DNA of 62,973 bases, filler included, from Octopus bimaculoides (taxonomy: Eukaryota): NCBI RefSeq assembly GCF_001194135.2. It is 5 parts of 4 records of this genome, joined end to end, with 100 filler letters (N's around TTAATTAATTAA, not from the genome) between each part and the next. Parts side by side here need not be neighbours in the genome. Positions count along the whole stretch, not along the records: positions 43,687 to 58,909 come from NC_068996.1; positions 59,010 to 61,012 come from NW_026420728.1; positions 61,113 to 62,973 come from NC_068982.1; 2 more parts are not named here. One strand, written 5' to 3'. Numbering within the stretch: position 1 is the stretch's first letter; the number at the start of each line of letters is the position of its first letter. Below are positions 53,355-62,973 of this stretch, in pieces. The translations under genes were made by a program, and so were the position numbers. The notes under the pieces were generated by a model. It was not told the DNA's origin. It ran no database searches and saw only the letters and a list, made by a program, of their open reading frames with translations.

Positions 53355-55498
53355 CTGTTTTTCCCTCTTTTCCCTCTCTCACTTTCTCACATATACTAAA
53401 CAGGTCTTACCCAAATGCTACGCAAAGTCTGTCATTCCAGAACATAGCTCCTCTGGAAACCCTACTCCACTCTGTAAATGAGCTTTGCAGCCATCGATTT
53501 ACGATTCTAGTAACCTTAACTAGACTGTACTGTGTAATAAACCCTAATTACTCATAAACAACTCCTTAGCGTCGAGCAGTGTGAACTACCATAAAGAAAG
53601 ACAATGTAAATGATTGAAGTGCATACTTTTAAATTTAAAAAAAGCCATGAAACTCTATACTTATATTTTCATTGAGTACTTAATAGAAAAGTAATCAACT
53701 TAGATTGAACCAATTTTGGCACACAGCACACATACAAAGAGAGTGAGAGAAATGTTCATACATATACATATATGTATGTGTTAGTGTGTTTATGTGTACA
53801 CATATCACACACTAACATATAAATATGGCTGTCCTGGAGCTAAGCAACAACAATTCTACGTGGTCAGTCGCTTGAAATATCGGCTAAATTTCTCAAAAAT
53901 AAAAAAGAAACATTATCGGCAGCTTTAAGAGAAATTTATGACAAATCTAATGGCAATTAAAAAGAAACCAAACTTTGTCCTTTGATGAACAAATGCAACG
54001 TGAATGTGACAGCAGTGGGCAATAACAACTGACATACAAAAACTGAACAATGGGAGTAAGTTTTATAACTATTGTCAATTGAATGACCTATGTCTATTTT
54101 GTGGTGTAATTTCCGAAAAAGTATGCTACATTGTATTAGGACATGGAAACGTTAGCACAAAGCATTGGCTATCGATTCTATCCGAATCGGTAGTTAATGC
54201 CTTATCGATAACTACACTTTATAAATCTGACCTTGAAGTTCGAATCTCTTGAGAAAACACAAAACAGAATACAAAAAAGTAGAAGCTCAGCAGGACTTGT
54301 CATAGAAACTCTTGTATTTTTTAGAAAATTACGGTGAGAAAATACTACCGATATTTAGTAAGCAGGCAGGTAGCACATCAGAACCCTGACATCGTTTCAC
54401 ATGACAAACAGAAATGACAATAGTCTCTTATAATCCGCCATGGCAAATACTAGATGATTGATTATGATAATGTTGTGAAGTGGCTAATAGAAAAGCTGAC
54501 AAATTACACAGGTTTAGCTGCTGAATTCAAGGACATGATTATTTTTATTTCTACAAATGGAATAACACAATACCAAAATCTGCAAAGATATTAGCAGGTC
54601 ATAATGAAAGAAAGTATCTTCATCGGTCAAGGTTGGCTATTTATTTGAATCTGTGTATTTACAAGACATTTCTTTCTTTCTTTCTTTCTTTTTTAGTAGG
54701 AATACAGGCAGTTATATATATGTATGTATGTGTGCGTGTGCATGCGCGCATGCGTTACATTCTGCCTTGCCACCAATGTTTATCTAAGGGAATGGTTGCC
54801 ACATTAAGCCTTTAGCATTTAAACCGGCCATATCAGGGCCGAATATTCAACATGATTTCGGTTCAAGCTAGCCAGACACATACCAGTGAGGGGGGCCGGT
54901 GCGCATTGATGCCGTCGAGAGGTAGGCCCCGAAACGGCACGCATTCTCTCCTGATGACCCCGTACACTTGCTGGCTTCCGGTATGAGGAGTTCTCAACTG
55001 GTAGCACTTGCATGTGCGAGTTGTTTGCAAGACATGGACATTGGACATTTTCGTTAACTGTAGATATTCTTGTTGCTTTGATATTCTTGTTGCTGGTGGT
55101 GGTGAAGATGATGGTGGTGTTTGTAGAAGTAACAGTAGTAGTATTTGCTAATGTTATTGTTATTGTTGCTATTGACTTTAATATATGAATTTAAATCAAT
55201 TCATATATTATATTGTATTGTTTTATATGGTGTTGTATTATATTGTATTATATTATATCAAATTCTATTATATTATATTATAGTATGTTTTGTATTATGT
55301 TGTTATGAGAAGTGAAAAAGGAAAAAATACAGCACACTGCATCTGTATACAAAAGCACGTTTTATTTATTTTTGGTTTCTTTTATTAGTCAGTGGAGGTA
55401 GGCGGTGAGCATGACCTTAGAAGTACCTCCCGGACAGAAGCAACTGCTGTGATTGGTCGTTTTAAATTCAACATCTTAGCTAAGAACTATCTACAGTA

Positions 55499-55650
55499 AG
55501 AAGGTGACGCATTAGCAAAGTCGTTAGAACGTCTGATTAGAACGTTTTGTGGCGCTTGTTCCAGCTCGCTAGGTTCTGAATACAAATCCTACTTCGGCCT
55601 GCATTGCCTTTCTTACTTTCGAGATCGATAAAATGAAGCAGCTGTCAATT
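55499..55650 (+). mobile_element. SINE family A-like, old
   Basis: AAGGTGACGCATTAGCAAAGTCGTTAGAAC...GGTTCTGAATACAAATCC...TTGCCTTTCTTACTTTCGAGATCGATAAAAT. Confidence 0.6.
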
Positions 55651-56372
55651 ACTAGAGTTGATGATATTACTTAACACCTTCCACTCGAATTTCAAGCCTT
55701 ATACCTACTACAGAAACAATATTTGTTCTTTGTGCCCTGAGTCCAAATCAGGTCGAGGACAACTTCATTGTGAGTGACAAGATATTGTCTACAGGAGAAA
55801 TATGGGCGGTGAGAAAATTCATGAGGGCTGCTGCAGCTCTCTTTGAGGAAGAAAGGAGTCGGAAAATAGTGTATAGGATGGTGAGGTCTCGAAGCCCTAA
55901 CCAAATACTATAAGGTATTTTGACCAACGCTTTAACGCTCCTGTCAATTCTGACAATGTTATGGCACGCAATAAAAGGGTGGATTTTATATTTATTTTTA
56001 TGTTTTTGTTATTGTTGTTACTTTAGTACTATGTCGGGTCCATCAAGCTGACCAATGGTTAAAAGGCATTCTAACCATGACCATTACTGGCGTATATAGT
56101 ATAGTAATGACGACGGAAGGACGAGGGATGAATGAGTTGTGTATGAAGTTGGTTTACTTCAAGGGATCAGTAACGGTTATGGCAGCTGAAATTCCAATTC
56201 TGTAGAGTTCAACTTGTTTATTTTTTTCTGGCTTCTTATTTCATGGCGGTTTTGTTCTATATATTATAACATAGTGTTATACTGATACCATACTTAAACA
56301 CAATCCTTAAGGATTCTAATTCTGGAAAAGGTAATACACAATACAATGAACTGTAAAAGTCAACAGTCTGTC

Positions 56373-56752
56373 GTACCTACTTACAAGGAGGTAGGTTGGA
56401 CTGTTGATAGTTAAGTGTGTTGGTCATGGACACAGTACAGGAAACTATATCACACTGTGGTATTTATTACAGCTAAGTAGACTGGCCTGTTGACAGTTAA
56501 ATATGTTGGTCATGAATACAGTACAGTGAACTATAGCACAATGTGGTACTTACTTGCAGCTAAGTAGACTGGACTGTTGATAGTTTAGTGTGTTGGTTAT
56601 GGACACAGTACAGGGAACTATACCACACTGTGGTGCCTACTTACAGCTAGGTAGACTGAACTGTTCGTAGTCAAGTGTGTTGTTCATGGACAGAGTATGG
56701 TGAACTATATCACACTGTAGTACCAACTTACAGCTAGGTAGACTGAACGGTT
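56373..56752. repeat. 87-bp minisatellite, about 4.4 copies
   Basis: Units start at 56373, 56460, 56546, 56633 and 56720 (87, 86, 87, 87 bp, then partial); consensus GTACCTACTTACAGCTAAGTAGACTGGACTGTTGATAGTTAAGTGTGTTGGTCATGGACACAGTACAG.GAACTATATCACACTGTG. Confidence 0.95.
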
Positions 56753-57631
56753 GAGAGAAATTTGGTAGGTTTTTTTTCTTCTCGTAAATAAAGGGACCAT
56801 AAATAGGTTCAAACGCTGGCTGTGATCTATCAGTCTGCGAAGGATAGCAACCAAATTTTCCTAATAATATAGCTGATCTTGTTGTGGTGGTCATTGTTGT
56901 TGTTGTTAATGTTGAGCATTCACGCAAATTTAATGAAGTCAGACCCGGTCTTTTCTGCATTATTCAAAGTGACATTCTACTAACTTTATAGAAAGTAATG
57001 TTGTGTAGCCCTCGGTCAGACTTGATAAAGCCGACCTATGATCAAGGGTGTTCCAAACATGACCAAACTTTCTTTTACAGATTACCCGAATTACATTTTG
57101 CATATTTTTTAGACAGCGAATTTTTTTTTTAGCTCCTGCTTAGTTTTGATAAAGTCGACCGATGATTGAAGTAATTTCAAATATGACAATCCTGCCTTTT
57201 CTTCATCATTCAAACTGACATTCGATTTAAGATGTACCAGAAGGATATCCTGCTATTATTTCCAGGGTTGTAGTAAATGCGCGTGGTCAGGGAAAGACCA
57301 ATCGTTGATGGTGCACGATCAACCTGCTATTTCTTGCATGCCAAGTATCCACTTTAGATACGCTGTAGCTTACACGTAGTCGGTAGAATATTGGTTTTTA
57401 GTACTACAACTTAAACCTTACAAATTGCAGGATCAGCACTAATCTATACATAATCTATACATATTTTAGAGAGGGCAAATACAACAAGATACCGTATGAA
57501 ACTTGTTTAACCGGATCACTGTCTTGTATTTTTCTTACTTTTTTATATTCAATGCATGAGGAGAAAAATAAAAATAAAGAGAAATCTAGGTGGCATGATG
57601 TACATACATACATACATACTAGTATATATAC

Positions 57632-57662
<31 letters not shown>

Positions 57663-58040
57663 CATACATTTATACACACACATCCGTACGTATATACACA
57701 CACATGCACATACATTGATACAGACATATACATACATATACATACATATACACACACATACACATACACACACACATACACATACACACATATATGTGTG
57801 TGTGTGTATATATATATATATTTATATTCGCACACACATACGTATACATGAGTGTGTGAGTGTGTTTCTGCGTGTGTGTGTGTGTGTGTGTGTGTGTGCG
57901 TTTGGGGAGTGTATGCATGTGTTTATTTCTTATTGTTAATTAATCCCAGGTAAAGTCTGAATTAGTAGACATATGGCAAAAGGCATTCCAGCCATGACAA
58001 TCACGTCATTTTTCCAAACAAGCATAATCATAGCGATACA

Positions 58041-58086
<46 letters not shown>

Positions 58087-58358
58087 CGTATACGTATGTA
58101 TGAGTATCCACGTATGTATATATATATATGCTAGCGTGAATGTAGGTATATATAAAGCAAATAAGTAACAAGGATGTCCAGGTATCAGTGCATTACAGCC
58201 GTTTCAAGTGGTACTGTTTAATCGATAAATATATATATATATATATCGATATTTAACCAGCATGTCCTTCTGTATTTAAGTCAGTATAATGCATTCAAGG
58301 GAAATTTGGATGCTTTTTCTAGCAGACCGAGTGACTTCACTCAGTCCTTATCGTCATT

Positions 58359-58710
58359 GCTTAGCGGCATTTCGTCCGTCTTTATACTCTGAGTTCAAAT
58401 TCTGCGGAGGTCAACTTTTCCTTTCCTCCTTTCGGGATCGATAAATTAAGTACCCGTTGAATACTGGAGTTCATGTAACCAACTATCCCCCTCCCTCAAA
58501 TTTCAGGCCTTGTGCCTATAGTAGAAAGGATTATTTCATTATTACTTAATCTATCGTCCCCGAAAGGATGAAAGGCAAAGTGAAGGTCGACTTAGCCTTT
58601 CATCGTTTCGGGGTCGGTAAATTAAGTACCAGCAAAACACTGGGGTTGATTTAATCGACTAGTCCCCTCCCCCAAAATTTCAGGCCTTGTGCCTATAGTA
58701 GAAAGGATTA
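58359..58710 (+). mobile_element. SINE family A cluster: plus copy (58359-58535), inverted core (58543-58581), plus copy (58583-58710)
   Basis: Both plus copies end in the same AAATTTCAGGCCTTGTGCCTATAGTAGAAAGGATTATT. The middle piece is the core in reverse orientation. Confidence 0.88.
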
Positions 58711-58731
58711 TTATTATTGTTGTTGTTATTA

Positions 58732-58788
<57 letters not shown>

Positions 58789-58909
58789 CCCTCCCATTGA
58801 AAGGTACCCGATTTACACCCAGCCTCTACAACATTCCTCCGCCCACCCACGAAGATGCTGCAACCAGTTCCTTCCACACTCAGACATTGTTACGCAAATT
58901 TTCATTTTC

Positions 58910-59009
58910 NNNNNNNNNNNNNNNNNNNNNNNNNNNNNNNNNNNNNNNNNNNNTTAATTAATTAANNNNNNNNNNNNNNNNNNNNNNNNNNNNNNNNNNN
59001 NNNNNNNNN
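58910..59009. other. Scaffolding gap linker N44-TTAATTAATTAA-N44
   Basis: 12-mer at 58954-58965. Confidence 0.95.
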
Positions 59010-59068
<59 letters not shown>

Positions 59069-60119
59069 CACACTCATTTATATATATACATGCACATCTA
59101 TCTACACACACACACATATGCTCACACTCACATATCCTTTCATAATTTCCATTCTGTGCTACATGTTGGACAGTCAGTTGAAGGATTCAATAACATCAGA
59201 TTTTCAATGAAATGAGGTGTGCAGCACTCACTCAATCATTCTCCATGTTTGGAGAATAAAGACTTAGAAGTGGGACCATGTCTCCGTAACACTTGTCGGA
59301 TTGGAGTGGATTCTAAGAAAGAGAGAGAAAAGGAAGAGCCACCCCCAGCCACCCATATTCATGCATTGATGCTCTGGTGCTGAAAGGTAAGCCCCATCAA
59401 GGCAGAATTGAACATGTTATAAAGTGACAGAATATATAATGAAGTTCTAACAACTCTGTCAATATGCTTACATATTATGTACATATATGATGGGGTTCTG
59501 GAAAGTTCCCAGCTTTGGTTAAAAGAAAATACTGGAGGATCAATTATTTATGATTTTATTCAACATATTCCCCTTTCAGATTCACACGCTTGTTGCAGTG
59601 GCCCTTCANNNNNNNNNNNNNNNNNNNNNNNNNNNNNNNNNNNNNNNNNNNNNNNNNNNNNNNNNNNNNNNNNNNNNNNNNNNNNNNNNNNNNNNNNNNN
59701 NNNNNNNNNNNNNNNNNNNNNNNNNNNNNNNNNNNNNNNNNNNNNNNNNNNNNNNNNNNNNNNNNNNNNNNNNNNNNNNNNNNNNNNNNNNNNNNNNNNN
59801 NNNNNNNNNNNNNNNNNNNNNNNNNNNNNNNNNNNNNNNNNNNNNNNNNNNNNNNNNNNNNNNNNNNNNNNNNNNNNNNNNNNNNNNNNNNNNNNNNNNN
59901 NNNNNNNNNNNNNNNNNNNNNNNNNNNNNNNNNNNNNNNNNNNNNNNNNNNNNNNNNNNNNNNNNNNNNNNNNNNNNNNNNNNNNNNNNNNNNNNNNNNN
60001 NNNNNNNNNNNNNNNNNNNNNNNNNNNNNNNNNNNNNNNNNNNNNNNNNNNNNNNNNNNNNNNNNNNNNNNNNNNNNNNNNNNNNNATATACACACATAC
60101 ATACATACATATATACATA

Positions 60120-60160
<41 letters not shown>

Positions 60161-60477
60161 ATTTTCCAGAGGATGTAGCAACCGTTACCAATATAGCATA
60201 AGAACTTACCTTAGGGGATCATTAACTAGATTCCTTAAGGGTCGTTCTCACAGTTTATATTTATAATAAATCGATATATCGAATTTGAAGTCTCTGTCTC
60301 TTTTGAATATGAAAATTTAAAAGTTAAAAACCTTATAATATATATATATATATATGATAAAACTTACTTGGAAATGGATGTATGTTGTTCGATCATATAA
60401 TAATATAAATAACATATATATATGCATATATACATACATGTACATACTTACATATATATGCATATACACATGCATAT

Positions 60478-61012
60478 ATGGGTACAGGACGTCAAAAAAT
60501 GTAAGCAACATGAAAAATGAGAACATGAAATACAAAAACTTGCAAGATGAACTGTTTTCACAAACAATGAAGGAAACAAATAGAAAAACAAAGCAGGCAA
60601 CATAAAGAACAATCTCTTTATCAGTTGTCCACTGTTTTATCTACTCCGCATTTCGAGGGTTAGGACAAGATGCATCTTCATCAAAACAGTCACTCCTGCA
60701 AAGCAAATTAAATAAAATTTGGGATTTGCAGAGGGTCAAATTTGGTAGCAAAAACAAGACAGTTAAAACAAACAGTAAGGGCTGTTTAGCCAAAATGAGG
60801 TGAAGTGGTGAACACTGGAGAAACAAGCTTTGACAGGAGACAGACAAAAATGTCATAAGGCTTTATTTTTACACACGCCAGCTTAATTTAATTCGTCCTT
60901 AGTCAAAAGACATCTGTCCTGTTATTATTTTTATTGTATTTGTGTAACATTGTTCATTTTTCTTCCGTCCTTGTTTTTGCATACATTCGCTGCTTTCTTC
61001 CAAGGAATCTAA
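60478..61012 (-). mobile_element. Possible Penelope-type terminal region
   Basis: Minus strand TTGATGAAGATGCATCTTGTCCTAACCCTCGAAATGCGGAG, a degenerate CTGATGA...GAAA pattern; no protein motif seen. Confidence 0.3.
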
Positions 61013-61112
61013 NNNNNNNNNNNNNNNNNNNNNNNNNNNNNNNNNNNNNNNNNNNNTTAATTAATTAANNNNNNNNNNNNNNNNNNNNNNNNNNNNNNNN
61101 NNNNNNNNNNNN
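61013..61112. other. Scaffolding gap linker N44-TTAATTAATTAA-N44
   Basis: 12-mer at 61057-61068. Confidence 0.95.
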
Positions 61113-61130
61113 ATATATATATATATATAT

Positions 61131-61295
61131 ACGACGGGCTTCTTTCAGCTTCCGTCTACCAAATCCACTGACAAGGCTTTGGTCGGCCCCAGGCTATAGT
61201 AGAAGACACTTACCCAAGGTGTCACGCAGTGGGACTGAATCTGGAACCCTGTGTTTGGTAAGCAAGCTACTTACCACACAGCCACTCCTGCGCCT
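61131..61295 (-). mobile_element. SINE family B, full length
   Basis: Reverse complement AGGCGCAGGAGTGGCTGTGTGGTAAGTAG (A-box), AGATTCAGTCCC (B-box), CCTTGGGTAAGTGTCTTCTACTATAGCC (CORE-like), GATTTGGTAGACGGAAG..AAAGAAGCCCGTCG, then an (AT)n tail. Confidence 0.88.
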
Positions 61296-62973
61296 GTATA
61301 TATATTTTTCTTATCATATCCAACGCAAATACTTCTCCGCTCACAGTAAGCAGTTTTACCGCTTCCGGCTACCATCCTATTCATTTCCATCTCCTCTTCT
61401 CAAAATACTCTACGAAATGCTTTTTCAATCCTTCAACCCCAGAAACTGCCAATCCACTTTTTGTAGTTTTTCTCTTTCCACATCTCACATCCCAATAATT
61501 AACTCAGCAATAATGAGCCGATGGGCGTTTGTCAAAAGAGAAAAAGACAGACATACAGACAGACATAGATACAAACAGACAGACAGCTTGATAGAGATGG
61601 GGAGAGGAATCGGTTCCAGTCCTTTAGTAGGCCTATTGTCTAAAATTCCATTTTGATCTTAACCAAAAGTCCGAGAAGCGATGTATTGTTCGGAATTTCA
61701 AAAGTGTGGTCATAGTCGGAACGCTTTGATCATAGTTTTGCTTGATCAGAGCTGACCTAGTGTCAGACAACCAGGGAACGCCTCTGTCGTTTTGAGATAT
61801 TAGAAATAACAGATAGATTACGTTTAAATCATACTGTGTCAGATATAAAAGAAGACATCCAAATAGCTCTTCTGCATTATCTGATTCAACATTAGACATT
61901 TGATTATTTAAAAACTTAAAAGTGTCGGTCATGGATGGATAGTCTTTGATCAAAACTCACGTTAGTCAGAGCTTTCCGCAACATTAATAACTTGCAACAA
62001 TTTTCATGAAACATTTACTACACCAACCTCACACAGTCTCAGTTAACCAGTCAGGGGGTAACGCTGAAACAGTTAGAGATGAAGGTATAACCGTAAGGTT
62101 ATAATATTTGTTTAGCACCATGTACTTCCGAGTTCGAGTCCAGTATGTGGCACCTTAGTGTTTTCTACTGTATCCAGGAGTGACTATCGTTTTTTGTAGA
62201 AGTCGCTAGTTTTTATCCTCATTTTATCTTCCCTCTTTCTCTCTCACTCCATCATCTCCCTTCTCTTTCTCCCCTCTCTTTCTNNNNNNNNNNNNNNNNN
62301 NNNNNNNNNNNNNNNNNNNNNNNNNNNNNNNNNNNNNNNNNNNNNNNNNNNNNNNNNNNNNNNNNNNNNNNNNNNNNNNNNNNATATATATATATATATA
62401 TATACATCCCAATTTTCAACATTAGAAAGGGAAGATTATATAGAATTAGTTTAATACTTATACCTGTACTTAATTATTTACTTATAAGGTAGTTTCTATA
62501 AAGATTGCTAGGGATATTTACTTATGGAATACTGGGGTGATAAATCATGCTAGCTTTATATTAATTGTAAGCTAAGAACCAGAAAAAAATCGGGAAAATA
62601 AGTTGTGCACATATACATACACATATTTAACTATGTGCACCCATGCAAATATGCACAAATATTTGTAGTTTATATGGGTATGCTGTAATCAACTATTCTA
62701 GACTTAAGTAACTAGAAAGTTTATATTACTCTTTAAGAACATTAACAACTTATAAGATATAAGAGGTTAATAGGTAAAGATATCAAAATAAGAAAACACA
62801 ATAATAAGAAAGTATAGAGAATAGTATGAAAAAATATATAACTTATTATATATAATACTAGCGGGTGAGTTCGCATCATATACGGCACTAAAATTAATTT
62901 CTCCTGTCCAGGTTCAAGTTCAGCACCTATAAACGCTAATTTCGAATATATATATATATATATATATATATAT

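Noticed and set aside
51679-53600. Minus-strand donor-like sites at 51678 (GTAAGT) and 53410 (GTAAGA) as upstream sulfotransferase exons
   Set aside because: The preceding frames give no signal-anchor peptide in the required phase; they could only be UTR exons, which cannot be shown without RNA data.
56373-56752. CRISPR-like array
   Set aside because: Units are similar along their whole length with no unique spacers, no cas genes, and a eukaryotic context.
12506-60201. Many long ORFs in the track (poly-[13 protein letters not shown], poly-K, poly-N, poly-D)
   Set aside because: They run through N gaps or microsatellites and carry no protein-family signal.
31762-61068. Four identical TTAATTAATTAA islands as a biological motif
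   Set aside because: Each sits in exactly N44-12mer-N44 (100 bp) and has stops in six frames; this is an assembler gap marker.

Overview
AT-rich eukaryotic DNA with many microsatellites and assembly gaps. The repeat families and dinucleotide/trinucleotide SSR load look like an octopus (coleoid cephalopod) short-read scaffold; this is inferred from pattern recognition, not a database hit. Only one host coding segment is well supported: the large terminal exon (39707-40812, minus strand) of a Sulfotransfer_2-family carbohydrate sulfotransferase (CHST8/9/11/HNK-1ST-like). Its 5' exon(s) with the membrane anchor could not be located. The rest is mobile-element debris: a full-length dead mariner with perfect 27-bp TIRs (37240-38521), five relics of an RLE-type (R4/Dong-like) LINE, a Penelope-like RT, weaker L1/Tx1- and RTE-like relics, a 473-bp TTAA-flanked foldback element, more than 20 SINE copies from about four families, an 87-bp minisatellite and several local duplications. 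Four 100-bp gaps carry the artificial linker N44-TTAATTAATTAA-N44. I found no convincing new multi-gene system. The best leads are structural: a SINE-derived 39-bp hairpin, a compact element with hammerhead core motifs in non-canonical order, scrambled and complementary LINE breakpoints, and a filled/empty SINE site pair. All repeat-family names are from memory of motifs and need Dfam/Repbase confirmation; most repeat boundaries are approximate.
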